A stretch of DNA of 64,000 nucleotides from positions 34,100 through 98,099 of the forward strand of contig DIWL01000080.1 in NCBI GenBank assembly GCA_002428455.1. The letters are read 5' to 3'. Numbering within the stretch: the stretch's first letter is position 1; every line of letters starts with the position of its first letter. The stretch comes from Anaerolineaceae bacterium UBA6107. GTDB lineage: Bacteria > Chloroflexota > Anaerolineae > Anaerolineales > Anaerolineaceae. The position numbers and the translations under genes were made by a program. The notes under the pieces are model-generated. The model saw only the letters and a program-made list of their open reading frames with translations. It did no database searches and had not been told where the DNA came from. Positions 54,614 to 64,000 of this stretch are shown one piece after another.

Positions 54614-54877
54614 TTGGCTAATATCAAATCGGCAATCAAACGCAACAAGCAGAATGAAAAACGAAGGCTCTTGAATCGGGTCTACCGCGGTTCTGCACGC
54701 ACCCGCATTGCGCGGGCACGTATCGCGATCGAAGGTGAGAATCTCGAAGCAGCGAAGGCTGCGACCATGGCTGCCATTGCAGCTTTGGACAAGGCTGCGC
54801 AGAAGGGTGTTATTCACAAAAATAACGCCGCACGCCGCAAGAGCAGGTTAATGAAACGCCTTAACGCGGCAAAGTAA
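54614..54877 (+). CDS. rpsT: 30S ribosomal protein S20
   Basis: (M)ANIKSAIKRNKQNEKRR is the canonical S20 start. TTG at 54614 lies 8 nt after AGGAG (54601-05). The track ORF begins at 54593. Confidence 0.9.
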   Translation: MANIKSAIKRNKQNEKRRLLNRVYRGSARTRIARARIAIEGENLEAAKAATMAAIAALDKAAQKGVIHKNNAARRKSRLMKRLNAAK

Positions 54878-54900
54878 CAATCGTTTTTTCAGGTTAAAAA

Positions 54901-54926
54901 AGCGGGAGATAGGCATATCTCCCGCT
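54901..54926 (+). terminator. hairpin after rpsT
   Basis: AGCGGGAGAT(A)-GGCA-(T)ATCTCCCGCT, a 10-11 bp stem. The downstream T-tract is poor. Confidence 0.45.
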
Positions 54927-54999
54927 TATGCTATTCCGGGATATGCTGATTATTGCCTGTGATATAATCCTTCTGGAAATCTTAAGAAATCAGGATACT

Positions 55000-56763
55000 A
55001 TGTTTGAGTTCGAACAGCGACTAGCAGAAGCGCAGATCCACCAATATTACCGGGAGACTGGTCTTCCATTGACTGAGGTCAAATGGACCTGGATTCCTTT
55101 CAACGGGCAGTGGGGGATCGCTACCACTTTCTTCCAAGTTGCTGCATTGTCTTTTGGCAGCTCCAGGGGAAATGTGGCACAGCGCGCCAATGAGATAGCT
55201 GTTGCCCTTGCAGAGCGGCTGAGCGGTACTGAGGGATTTGATCGCATTGAAGCTGTTAATGGGTATCTCAACCTGTTTTTTTCGACATCAGATTACTCCC
55301 GGCGCATCATCGCCCGTGTGCTAGAAGAAGGTGAACGGTACGGGCACGGTCAACGACTGAACCAGCGCTTGATGGTCGAGTTTTCTCATCCGAACACACA
55401 CAAAGCTTTTCACGTGGGGCACCTGCGCAGCGCGTTCCTGGGCGATGTTCTGGCACGCATTTTGGAGGCTGCCGGGTATGATGTCATACGCGCCAATTAC
55501 CCGGGGGACATCGGGTTGCATGTGATCAAGTGGTTATGGAACTATCTCAAGTACCACAAAGGCGAGAAACCTGATAAAGATATTACCCGCTGGATGGGGA
55601 CAATTTATTCTGAGGCGATTAAACGCCTTGAACAGGACGCCGCGCTTGAAGAAGAGATCCGCGAGATGTATGCCCGCTGGGACAAACGTGACCCCGAGGT
55701 CGTGGATTGCTGGAAGGAAACCCGCCAGTGGTCTCTCGACGGCTTCAACGAAATGTACAACCTGTTGGATATTCATTTTGACCGGTATTATTTCAATTCC
55801 ATGTTTGAAAAACCAGGCAAAGAGATCGTTACTGAGTTGCTGGCTAAAGGGATTGCTGAAGATGAGCGCGCCAGCGGCGGAGCGGTGATCGTCAAGATCG
55901 ATCAAATGCTTGGATTGCCGGAGGAAAAATTTCGTGTAATGGTGGTGTTGCGTTCGGATGGAACTGCCCTTTACGCGACCGAAGACCTGGCATTGGCACG
56001 CCAGAAATTCCTGGATTACCCCGACCTGGTGAAATCTTTTTACGTGGTGGATGTGCGCCAATCTTTACACTTCCAACAGGTATTCAAAACCCTTGAGCTT
56101 GCAGGTTATGAATGGGCTACCCGTTGCCAGCATCTGCCTTATGAGCTGGTCAACCTGCCCGGTAATGTTGTAATGGCCTCTCGCGAGGGTACAGTGGTAC
56201 TGCTGGAGGATCTGATCCGCGAAGCGACTGCGCGTGCGTTGACCGTTGTCAAAGAGAAGAACCGCGAACTCGCTGAAGAAAACCAACAGGAAATTGCCAA
56301 AGCGGTAGGGATCGGTGCGATCAAATTTCCGATGCTTTCGCGTGACAGCAATAAAGTAGTTACTTTTGATTGGGAATCCGCGCTTGACTTCAATGGGCAA
56401 GCTGCGCCCTACATTCAATATGCTTACGTACGGGCGAACTCGATCTTGCGCAAAGTGGACAATATCATTCCGGAAGATCTTGCACCTGATTATGAATTGA
56501 GCAAATCAGAAATTACCCTGATCGATCTCATTGCACGAATGTCCGATGATATCCAGAAAGCGGCCAGGGATCTTAAGCCATTGATTATCACCAACCAGGC
56601 TTATGAACTTGCGCGCGCTTTCAACGATTTTTATACGCAATGTCCTGTGCTTGGTGTGGAAGAACCTCAGCGTTCGACCCGGATCCGTCTTGTGGCAGCC
56701 GCCCGACAGGCGATTGCGAACAGTCTGGCGTTACTGGGCATCACAGCCCCACAAGCGATGTGA
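55000..56763 (+). CDS. argS: arginine--tRNA ligase
   Basis: Class I HIGH motif (HVGHLRS) and a DALR-type anticodon-binding C-terminus. ATG 55000 (MFEFEQRL) is preferred over the track start 54928, which would overlap the rpsT terminator. Confidence 0.9.
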   Translation: MFEFEQRLAEAQIHQYYRETGLPLTEVKWTWIPFNGQWGIATTFFQVAALSFGSSRGNVAQRANEIAVALAERLSGTEGFDRIEAVNGYLNLFFSTSDYSRRIIARVLEEGERYGHGQRLNQRLMVEFSHPNTHKAFHVGHLRSAFLGDVLARILEAAGYDVIRANYPGDIGLHVIKWLWNYLKYHKGEKPDKDITRWMGTIYSEAIKRLEQDAALEEEIREMYARWDKRDPEVVDCWKETRQWSLDGFNEMYNLLDIHFDRYYFNSMFEKPGKEIVTELLAKGIAEDERASGGAVIVKIDQMLGLPEEKFRVMVVLRSDGTALYATEDLALARQKFLDYPDLVKSFYVVDVRQSLHFQQVFKTLELAGYEWATRCQHLPYELVNLPGNVVMASREGTVVLLEDLIREATARALTVVKEKNRELAEENQQEIAKAVGIGAIKFPMLSRDSNKVVTFDWESALDFNGQAAPYIQYAYVRANSILRKVDNIIPEDLAPDYELSKSEITLIDLIARMSDDIQKAARDLKPLIITNQAYELARAFNDFYTQCPVLGVEEPQRSTRIRLVAAARQAIANSLALLGITAPQAM

Positions 56764-56796
56764 AAATAATCTTATAACCAAAGGAGTATGAATTAC

Positions 56797-58116
56797 ATGA
56801 CACCAATCAAGACCCTCATTATGGGCGCAGCCGGTCGCGACTTCCACAATTTCAATGTTTTCTATCGCGACAACAAAGATTATGAAGTCGTCGCATTTAC
56901 CGCCACACAGATTCCGAACATTGAAGGACGCAAGTATCCAGCGGAATTAGCCGGATCGTTGTATCCTGCCGGGATCCCCATCTTTCCAGAATCCGACCTG
57001 GTTGAATTGATCAAGAAGTTCAATGTGCAACAGGTTGTCTTCGCGTATAGTGATGTACCGCACGAAGTGGTCATGCACAAAGCCTCGACAGTTCTGGCAG
57101 CTGGAGCAGATTTCCGGTTGATGGGTATTGAAACCACCCAGGTAAAATCGGTTAAACCGGTTGTTTCAGTTTGTGCCGTACGCACCGGCTCTGGCAAGAG
57201 CCAAACAACCCGCCGGGTTTCCGAGATCCTGCGCGCGATGGGCTACCGTGTGGCTGCCATCCGCCACCCCATGCCTTATGGAGACCTGGTAAAGCAAAAG
57301 GTTCAGCGCTTCGCGACCTACGCCGACCTAGATAAGCACGAGTGCACGATCGAGGAACGCGAAGAATACGAACCACATATCGACAACGGTGTTATTGTCT
57401 ATGCCGGTGTTGACTACGAAGCGATCCTGCGCGAAGCAGAGAAGGAAGTTGACATCGTCTTATGGGATGGTGGAAACAACGATTTCTCCTTCTATAAATC
57501 AGACCTGGCTATCGTTGTGGCTGACCCGCATCGACCCGGCCACGAAAAATCCTATCATCCAGGCGAAACAAACGTGAAACTGGCGGATGTTTTCGTGATC
57601 AACAAAGTTGACACCGCCGATCCCGCCAAGGTAATTGAAGTACGAAACACCCTGCATGAACTCAACCCGAATGCAGTTGTAATTGAAGGCGCTTCCCCGT
57701 TATTTGTGGATGATCCTGAAGCCATTCGCGGCAAACGCGTTCTGGTGGTGGAAGATGGTCCGACCCTGACACATGGAGAAATGGCTTATGGCGCCGGTTG
57801 GGTGGCTGCCAAGCGTTTTGGTGCCGGTGAGATCGTTGACCCGCGTCCATTCGCGGTCGGTTCAATTCATGATACCTATGTCAAATATCCAAATACCGGA
57901 GCGATCCTGCCAGCGATGGGATACGGTGACCAGATGGTGAAGGACCTGGAAGAGACGATCAATAATGCGGATGCAGACCTTGTGGTTTCTGCTACCCCGA
58001 TCGACTTGACCCGCATCATCAAGGTAAACAAACCCATGCAGCGTGTACGTTATGAGCTGCAGGAGATCGGAAAGCCTGATCTCGAAGATATCCTGAAAAA
58101 GAAATTCGGCAGATAA
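56797..58116 (+). CDS. COG2403-type predicted GTPase / cyclic 2,3-diphosphoglycerate synthetase-like P-loop protein
   Basis: LIMGAAGRDFHNFNVFYRDN N-terminus, P-loop AVRTGSGKSQTT, and NKVD-like INKVD. ATG 56797 has better SD spacing than 56788. Confidence 0.6.
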   Translation: MTPIKTLIMGAAGRDFHNFNVFYRDNKDYEVVAFTATQIPNIEGRKYPAELAGSLYPAGIPIFPESDLVELIKKFNVQQVVFAYSDVPHEVVMHKASTVLAAGADFRLMGIETTQVKSVKPVVSVCAVRTGSGKSQTTRRVSEILRAMGYRVAAIRHPMPYGDLVKQKVQRFATYADLDKHECTIEEREEYEPHIDNGVIVYAGVDYEAILREAEKEVDIVLWDGGNNDFSFYKSDLAIVVADPHRPGHEKSYHPGETNVKLADVFVINKVDTADPAKVIEVRNTLHELNPNAVVIEGASPLFVDDPEAIRGKRVLVVEDGPTLTHGEMAYGAGWVAAKRFGAGEIVDPRPFAVGSIHDTYVKYPNTGAILPAMGYGDQMVKDLEETINNADADLVVSATPIDLTRIIKVNKPMQRVRYELQEIGKPDLEDILKKKFGR

Positions 58117-58131
58117 TACCAGATAATCCAA

Positions 58132-58167
58132 GGCTCAGCGATAAAACGTGATCGCTGAGCCATTTTT
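58132..58167 (+). terminator. rho-independent terminator before obg
   Basis: 11-bp perfect stem GGCTCAGCGAT / ATCGCTGAGCC, 8-nt loop, then ATTTTT. Confidence 0.7.
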
Positions 58168-58181
58168 GAAAGAAGTAAATA

Positions 58182-59441
58182 ATGTTTATTGATGAAGCGA
58201 AGATATTCGTCCGTTCCGGGCGCGGTGGAGCAGGGATGGTGCACTTCCACCGTGAAAAATACGTACCCCGCGGCGGTCCTGATGGTGGAGATGGGGGTAG
58301 GGGGGGCGACGTTATATTTCGCGTAGTCAAAACACTGAACACACTAACCAGTTTCCGCTACAACCATAAATACGTTGCACAGGATGGCAGCAACGGTGGT
58401 GGCAGTAATATGACAGGAAAAAGTGCTCCCGATCTTATCATTCCGGTACCGCCAGGCACGATCGTGTACGATGCCACAACTGGTGAATTACTGGGTGACC
58501 TGGTTGATGATGGACAGGAACTGACGGTTTGTAAGGGTGGAAGGGGCGGTCGCGGCAACCAGCATTTTGCCACCTCCCGCAATCAGGCGCCCCGTACCGC
58601 TGAAAAGGGAGAACCCCCGGAAGAGCGTGCGATCCGCCTTGAATTAAAACTATTGGCGGACATTGGGATTGTAGGAGTCCCCAATGCAGGCAAATCGAGT
58701 TTTCTGGCTGCGGTATCCAATGCAAAACCCCGTATCGCAGATTATCCATTTACCACCATTGACCCCAACTTGGGCGTCGTTCGGCTTGATCTTGAAACTG
58801 ACCTGATCCTGGCAGACATCCCCGGATTGATCGAAGGCGCACACGAGGGAGTAGGTCTGGGTGATGCGTTTCTCAAGCACATTCAACGCACGCGTGTGTT
58901 GATCCATGTGGTGGATGGCAGCGCAGAGGACCCGTTGGCGGATTTTAGCCAGATCAATAGTGAACTGGCTTTGTTTGACCCGGCACTGGCACAAAAACCC
59001 CAGGTGGTGGTGGTGAACAAGATCGACCTGCCTGAAGTAAAGGACAATTGGGAGAATCTGCGCAAGGGGTTAAAAAAACACGGTTATGAAGCCTTCGCGA
59101 TCTCCGCGTTAACCCGCGAAAACCTGCAACCGGTACTCTGGAAAGCGTACGAACTCTTGCAGATTACACCTGTCCAGGGGGTCACACTGGAACTGCCGGT
59201 TTATAAACCTGATGAGGATCCAAGAGATTTCACCCTTGAGCAGGAAGGACATGGCTGGCGGGTGAGAGGAGCCGCGATCGAACGGGCGGCGGAGATGACC
59301 TACTGGGAACATGATGGATCTGTCCGGCGGTTTCAATATCTGATGGAGAAGCTCGGTGTGGATGAAGCTTTGCGCAGTAAGGGCATCCAAAATGGGAACA
59401 CAGTCTATATCCTCGATTATGAACTGGAATGGCAGGATTAG
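58182..59441 (+). CDS. obg: GTPase Obg/CgtA (with C-terminal OCT domain)
   Basis: 419 aa. MFIDEAKIFVRSGRGGAGMVHFHREKYVPRGGPDGGDGGRGGDV, followed by G1-G4 motifs GVPNAGKSS, DIPGLIEGA and NKID. Confidence 0.95.
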   Translation: MFIDEAKIFVRSGRGGAGMVHFHREKYVPRGGPDGGDGGRGGDVIFRVVKTLNTLTSFRYNHKYVAQDGSNGGGSNMTGKSAPDLIIPVPPGTIVYDATTGELLGDLVDDGQELTVCKGGRGGRGNQHFATSRNQAPRTAEKGEPPEERAIRLELKLLADIGIVGVPNAGKSSFLAAVSNAKPRIADYPFTTIDPNLGVVRLDLETDLILADIPGLIEGAHEGVGLGDAFLKHIQRTRVLIHVVDGSAEDPLADFSQINSELALFDPALAQKPQVVVVNKIDLPEVKDNWENLRKGLKKHGYEAFAISALTRENLQPVLWKAYELLQITPVQGVTLELPVYKPDEDPRDFTLEQEGHGWRVRGAAIERAAEMTYWEHDGSVRRFQYLMEKLGVDEALRSKGIQNGNTVYILDYELEWQD

Positions 59442-59442
59442 T

Positions 59443-60051
59443 ATGCGAAAAGTGGAGCGTGTGGGTATTTTTGGCGGCACATTCGATCCTCCCCATGTTG
59501 GCCACCTGATCCTGGCGGAAGAGTGCCGCACGCAGCTCTCACTTGACCTGCTGTTGTGGGTTGTGACAGATAATCCGCCGCATAAAAGATACACAAATGT
59601 CAGCCCGATCGAGGACCGTGTCAGGCTGGTTGAAAAAGCCATTCACGGTAATCCTTCCTTCGAGGTATCACGGGTAGACATCGACCGGCCTGGACCGCAT
59701 TTTGCCATTGATACGGTGAACATATTAAAAGAGGAATACCCAGGGACTGAAATTTATTACCTGATGGGAGGCGACTCGTTGCACGATCTGCCCACCTGGA
59801 ATAAACCGCACGATTTTATCCAAACTTGCTCCGGCATCGGCGTGATGCGCCGTCATGCTGACCAGGTGGACCTCGAATCGCTGGAAAAAATTCTTCCGGG
59901 CATCACTGCGAAGGTCCACATTGTTGAAGCGCCTATCCTGGAAATTTCATCAAAACAGATTCGCCAAAGGATTGAGGAAGGGATGGGTTACCGGTACTAC
60001 CTGCGAGATGCCGTTTATCAGGCGATCACTGAGATGGGTATGTATAAATAA
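59443..60051 (+). CDS. nadD: nicotinate-nucleotide adenylyltransferase
   Basis: GIFGGTFDPPHVGH (HxGH) motif and the ISSKQIRQR (ISST-like) motif. ATG 59443 lies 2 nt after the obg stop. Confidence 0.9.
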   Translation: MRKVERVGIFGGTFDPPHVGHLILAEECRTQLSLDLLLWVVTDNPPHKRYTNVSPIEDRVRLVEKAIHGNPSFEVSRVDIDRPGPHFAIDTVNILKEEYPGTEIYYLMGGDSLHDLPTWNKPHDFIQTCSGIGVMRRHADQVDLESLEKILPGITAKVHIVEAPILEISSKQIRQRIEEGMGYRYYLRDAVYQAITEMGMYK

Positions 60052-60061
60052 TTCCGGATTA

Positions 60062-61159
60062 TTAAAAACCGGGAATTATCTCTTGGTAAGTGTTCGAACA
60101 CGGATTTCCCCAGCTGTAAGACATTTTTCTTTCCCCCAAATCCATCACCAGGCTGACGATGGTTTTCGATTGGGTTGAAGTCTGGTTTTCGACCGGAAGG
60201 TGTTGGCAGATCGAATCCGGGTAGTTTTCGTGGTCTGCGAGCATGGATTGGAAAGATTGCATTGAATGCGTTTCATGTTGGGAAAGCAGGGAAATGATCC
60301 GGGAATAGCGGCGGTCAGTCTTCTCCTGTCCTGTGCGCGTTTTTTCCATCTGCTGCATTTTCGGCGAAAGGTAATGGTTGGTATGCGCCAGACAGCCATT
60401 TTCTGCGGGAATCACCTGGTACGTACTCGCTGAAACCTCCACATTGTAAATCTCGCCATCGGGATGAGCGAGGAGATGGTTATAACCTGCTGCCCTCAGC
60501 GGTGGATGGGTACGATTCACTGCTTCCTCCATCGTTCGTGCAGCTAAAACTGCCCGGGACACAATTACACGTGGAATTCCGACCCTGAGGTCGTTCGGAT
60601 ATACCGAATCGCAGCTTTGGGCGATACCCGCCTCGTTAAAACCGATGTTGGGCAAAAGCCCTCCGTAGGACATGGCGATGAATGCGGGTTCGTTCACCGG
60701 GTGGGCAATCAGGAAGTACACATCCGGCTCATCCTCTGCCAACCAATCCTCGTTGTGGCCAAGTATGACAGACCCCGCTGTACGCGACCTGCCGGCGGCG
60801 AGGCTGGTGCATTTTTGCAGGTGCAGGGCGTCAACTGCCACGCACTCGAAGGCATTCACCACGGCCAGGTCAGCGTAGTTAACATTTGCACCTTCTGCGA
60901 TCCCACGGATCTCTTCAATGTATTGCGGGTGAGTTTGTAGTGCAAAAAACATGTATTTCAACGCCTGAAGCACCGCGCCATCCCATGATAGTTGCAACGC
61001 AGAAAAATTGTGACCAAAATAGGCACGCGTGTTTTCCACCCCATGCTGCACTTTTGCGCGGATGGATTCCCCGATCTGTTGACCCATCGCGCGGTTTGTT
61101 CCGCGTACTTCGAGTATCGGTGGGAGTTGTGATTGATCTATTGTTGAGAAGTTCCCCAT
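60062..61159 (-). CDS. peptidase C45 / acyl-CoA:6-APA acyltransferase-like Ntn hydrolase
   Basis: 365 aa. Candidate autoprocessing Cys in LQKCTSLAAG and the GHNEDW motif typical of the family. Confidence 0.65.
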   Translation of the reverse strand: MGNFSTIDQSQLPPILEVRGTNRAMGQQIGESIRAKVQHGVENTRAYFGHNFSALQLSWDGAVLQALKYMFFALQTHPQYIEEIRGIAEGANVNYADLAVVNAFECVAVDALHLQKCTSLAAGRSRTAGSVILGHNEDWLAEDEPDVYFLIAHPVNEPAFIAMSYGGLLPNIGFNEAGIAQSCDSVYPNDLRVGIPRVIVSRAVLAARTMEEAVNRTHPPLRAAGYNHLLAHPDGEIYNVEVSASTYQVIPAENGCLAHTNHYLSPKMQQMEKTRTGQEKTDRRYSRIISLLSQHETHSMQSFQSMLADHENYPDSICQHLPVENQTSTQSKTIVSLVMDLGERKMSYSWGNPCSNTYQEIIPGF

Positions 61160-61201
61160 ACAATTACTATAAGCAATCTTCCGGAAAAACGCAAATCACA
61201 A

Positions 61202-61231
61202 AAAAACCGGCTGAATGAACAGCCGGTTTTT
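61202..61231. terminator. bidirectional terminator
   Basis: AAAAACCGGCTG-AATGAA-CAGCCGGTTTTT, a 12-bp stem including the A/T tracts. Confidence 0.75.
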
Positions 61232-61247
61232 GTAAAGTAACAGAAAA

Positions 61248-62099
61248 TCACTCCTTGATCAACTCAAGATCGCCTACTGACATGTCGATATTGATTGTGA
61301 TCAATGCCCCTTCAGTTCCAGCCAAATAGCGGTTGTTTTCCGAAGTCCAAGTGCCGTTAAGATCAACGTTGCTCAATTCGCCGTCAATGGTCACCTCAGC
61401 GCGCGCGTTTGCCGGGATGATGACTTTGATGCTGCTGACGCCCGATTTAATGCTGACGTTTATATCAGTGGAGTTTTCACCAGAGAAATCAAGTGTGTAA
61501 TCTCCGACACCACTGCCAAACTCGATCTGGCTGACATTTGCGTTTCCCAGGCCGTACAATTCCACATTAGAAGCTCCGGTTGTATAGGTGAAATTGCTCA
61601 TCGCACTTGTGTTCGGCTCATCAAACCTGACCTTGGAGGAACTTGCACCATCTGAAATTGAGAGACTCGTGATCGCGAGACCGCCCAGGTTCAGGTTCCC
61701 TTCATATGCACCTGTGGACAGGCTGAGGGAGATGGGCATGGCACCAAGTTTTAGTTGCCATTCATTCATTAGCTTCATGTCCGATGGCAGTGAAACAGTA
61801 GAGGAGGTCTTTTGGGATAGGGTGACTGTGCTGCCGTCACGGGTGATCACGGGTTTCCAGGCTTCAAAATTGTAGGTGATGGTTCCTTCTACAAGCTGGT
61901 CAGTACCACCATCAATATCAAGGGAGCCGGCACCCATTTCAATAATCACGTTCGATACATCTGCACCAGCCTCTGGTGCTTCAGCAACTGTTATCGTTTG
62001 AGTTGGGCCGGTTTTTACTGTCGGTAAATTGACAGTGAAGGAGCAACCGATTAGAACTAACGCGGCGGTCAATAAAGTAAGGATTTTAATGATTTTCAT
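61248..62099 (-). CDS. lipoprotein with toastrack (DUF4097/DUF2154, LiaG-like) beta-rich domain
   Basis: 283 aa. Lipobox LVLIGCS, then repetitive short beta-strand segments (..VSIKSGVSSIKVIIP..AEVTIDGELSNVDL..). Confidence 0.55.
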   Translation of the reverse strand: MKIIKILTLLTAALVLIGCSFTVNLPTVKTGPTQTITVAEAPEAGADVSNVIIEMGAGSLDIDGGTDQLVEGTITYNFEAWKPVITRDGSTVTLSQKTSSTVSLPSDMKLMNEWQLKLGAMPISLSLSTGAYEGNLNLGGLAITSLSISDGASSSKVRFDEPNTSAMSNFTYTTGASNVELYGLGNANVSQIEFGSGVGDYTLDFSGENSTDINVSIKSGVSSIKVIIPANARAEVTIDGELSNVDLNGTWTSENNRYLAGTEGALITINIDMSVGDLELIKE

Positions 62100-62119
62100 G
62101 TGACACCTCTGTTAATTTT

Positions 62120-63196
62120 TTATTCCTGGTTTTCAAGTGGAGTGGGTGGTTCCGTTGGTGTGGGAGGGGCAGGGGATTCAATTGGATCTATCGGGGTCAC
62201 CTCTGCTTCCGGTTGAATCACCGCCTGATACAGTTTTTTAACATACTTCTCTGAACCAACCCGGCTGGTGATCACTGCGCCAAGCCCGACGATTCCCACG
62301 ATAAAGCCAATTACCCATCCCATACACGGGATCAGACCCGCGATACCGGTTACCAGGCTGAGTAAAAGGGTACCGACACCGGCAGAGATTGACGGGTGCC
62401 AGGTGGTTTTGAACAGTGTGGCAAGTCGTTGACCGACTTCGTAACCTACAGCGATGAATCCCAGGAGCAGGGCAAGACCCAGGGCGATGAAAGCGACTAA
62501 ACTGACCGGGATAAGGATAATCGTGATCGCGAGCAGTAGCAGCATGATCGGGGCGACGATGATGGTCAAGAGTCCAATCCCACCGCTGACCAGCGGTTCA
62601 CACACCACGTTTGCTGCAATATTCTTAACATTGTGGGGTAACAACAGCCCAACCAAAACAGCCAGAACTCCCATCGCGAGTGCTTCAAAAATGGTGGTTA
62701 GAAGTCCTCTCAATGGATCACGCCAATCACTAAAAGGTATCCAGCGCATCCGTTGGTTTGCCGCCTCTTCACCGATAAAGTTTGGGGATTCCTCCTCGAT
62801 CGTTCCATTGATTACCGCCCCGGACGAACGCTGCAGGTTGGCACCCAGCATGGATAGATTGCCATTGATAATTGCGCTATCGCCGAGGTTTACCGCCCCG
62901 CCGATCGACACGATGTTACCGTTCACAGAACCATCGATGCCGAGCGTGCCACCGATCAGGACCAGGTCACCATTGATTTCGGATCCGTTCGCAGTTGTGG
63001 CTGTACCCCCAATGATGAGCATGCTGCCATCCAGCGTGTCACCTGATGCCAGACGGAAGGTGTTGCCGATGACAACCTGATCGCCGGTGATTGTGCTGCC
63101 GGTTGGCGGGTTGTCGTCCTGGGCCAGCACGGGTATCGGTGCAGCTACCATTAAAGCCAGGATCAATACAAGTAAGATTAGCAGTGATTTTTTCAT
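62120..63196 (-). CDS. membrane protein with N-terminal bactofilin-like (polymer-forming cytoskeletal) beta-helix repeats and about 4 TM helices
   Basis: 358 aa. Signal peptide, repeated xINGDLxxIGGxxxIxGxVNG units, a hydrophobic core and a PT-rich tail. Confidence 0.6.
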   Translation of the reverse strand: MKKSLLILLVLILALMVAAPIPVLAQDDNPPTGSTITGDQVVIGNTFRLASGDTLDGSMLIIGGTATTANGSEINGDLVLIGGTLGIDGSVNGNIVSIGGAVNLGDSAIINGNLSMLGANLQRSSGAVINGTIEEESPNFIGEEAANQRMRWIPFSDWRDPLRGLLTTIFEALAMGVLAVLVGLLLPHNVKNIAANVVCEPLVSGGIGLLTIIVAPIMLLLLAITIILIPVSLVAFIALGLALLLGFIAVGYEVGQRLATLFKTTWHPSISAGVGTLLLSLVTGIAGLIPCMGWVIGFIVGIVGLGAVITSRVGSEKYVKKLYQAVIQPEAEVTPIDPIESPAPPTPTEPPTPLENQE

Positions 63197-63729
63197 TTGT
63201 TTTCCACCTTTTTAATTGCTAATTTCCATACGGATAACCCAAGCGTAAAGCTGGCCAGCAGTAACCAACCACCCAGGATTGTAAACAGTAGAATCGTGGT
63301 GGAGAGGTTGATTGATTTGAAGAACGTTGTGACGAATGATAGGGCTGTCTGTGTTGCACTCAGAACGTTGACCACCGTTGTGATCAAGCCGGCTGTCATG
63401 GAGATTAGAGAAAGTTCGGGCACAAAGATCAGCAACGCGCCTACAGCGATTACCAGCGCTGAAGAAGATAGCGCAATCGCTAGAGAACGAGCCTGCTGTT
63501 TTTCCTCCTCCCGTTTGCGGGCTGCCAGTGACGCAGACCAGCGATGGGTAAAGCCCACCGGCGCTGCCACTTCAGGAGCAACACGGATTGCCTGGAGTGC
63601 GGCGTTGAGATTTTCACTCAATTGCGCACATTCAGGACATTCTGCCAGGTGATCATTCAATCGCACTTTTTCTTCATCTGAAAGGCTTTCGTCATCCAGG
63701 ATCCAGGTTTTAAAGGGTTGATGTTCCAT
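63193..63729 (-). CDS. anti-sigma factor (zf-HC2 type) with TM helices
   Basis: 178 aa. HLAECPECAQL zinc-finger motif near the N-terminus. Stop overlaps the next gene's start. Immediately downstream of the ECF sigma gene. Confidence 0.7.
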   Translation of the reverse strand: MEHQPFKTWILDDESLSDEEKVRLNDHLAECPECAQLSENLNAALQAIRVAPEVAAPVGFTHRWSASLAARKREEEKQQARSLAIALSSSALVIAVGALLIFVPELSLISMTAGLITTVVNVLSATQTALSFVTTFFKSINLSTTILLFTILGGWLLLASFTLGLSVWKLAIKKVENK

Positions 63730-63732
63730 TTT

Positions 63733-64000
63733 TTATCCTTCCTTAACCGGTATTGACTGCTTTGACGCGATTGTCGCGGCCATTTGGCGGCGGGCACGAT
63801 GCAACCTGCTCTTTACCGCACTGACCGTAAGGGAGAGGATCTGGCTGATCTCTTCCTCTGAACATCCATACCAGTATTTCAATATCACTGCTGCACGATC
63901 CGGAGGGTTAAGCTCGTTGATCATTCTGTGCAGCGCTTCATCTTCATCATTGTTGATCACCTCAACTTCAGGATTTGGGATTCCCGGGTCGGCGAGGTCA
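63733..64000 (-). CDS. ECF-type RNA polymerase sigma factor, C-terminal part (gene runs off the window end)
   Basis: Region 4 HTH: LNPPDRAAVILKYWYGCSEEEISQILSLTVSAVKSRLHRARRQM. The reading frame stays open to position 64000. Confidence 0.75.
   Translation of the reverse strand, partial: DLADPGIPNPEVEVINNDEDEALHRMINELNPPDRAAVILKYWYGCSEEEISQILSLTVSAVKSRLHRARRQMAATIASKQSIPVKEG

Overview
This 64-kb window is a gene-dense, mostly housekeeping chromosomal segment with about 50 protein genes. I recognised no rRNA, tRNA, CRISPR array, transposase, integrase or prophage genes. Recognisable genes include thrC, selB, rplU-rpmA-rpmE, tdk, hpt, ppdK, mtnA, ahcY, recA, glnA, uppP, tgt, recJ, gap, pgk, rpsT, argS, obg and nadD. 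Pro/Thr-rich linkers in several secreted proteins and the overall gene content suggest a Chloroflexota (Anaerolineae-like) bacterium; this is a low-confidence inference. I do not see a clear defence island or a clear-cut novel multi-gene system. The signals most worth follow-up, in order: (1) A peroxiredoxin-like gene whose 5' half is missing from the ORF track because of an in-frame TGA at the first Cys of its CxxC motif (U-P-H-C). A SECIS-like hairpin follows the TGA, and a bona fide SelB gene lies in the same window. (2) A roughly 320-nt highly structured leader, with its own near-consensus promoter and an intrinsic terminator, directly upstream of glnA. It matches no riboswitch class I can recall. 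(3) Three translationally coupled, degenerate NuoLMN/Mrp-like membrane proteins with no other complex I or Mrp genes nearby, followed by a coiled-coil protein and selB. (4) Two unusual domain fusions: ribosomal protein L31 with an RNA polymerase alpha-CTD-like domain, and UppP with a PstS-like binding-protein domain. (5) A divergent Ser/Thr kinase and FHA-wHTH regulator pair. (6) An ECF sigma, anti-sigma, bactofilin-like and toastrack envelope module. All coordinates, hairpins and repeats were counted by hand. Family assignments rest on remembered motifs, not database searches.
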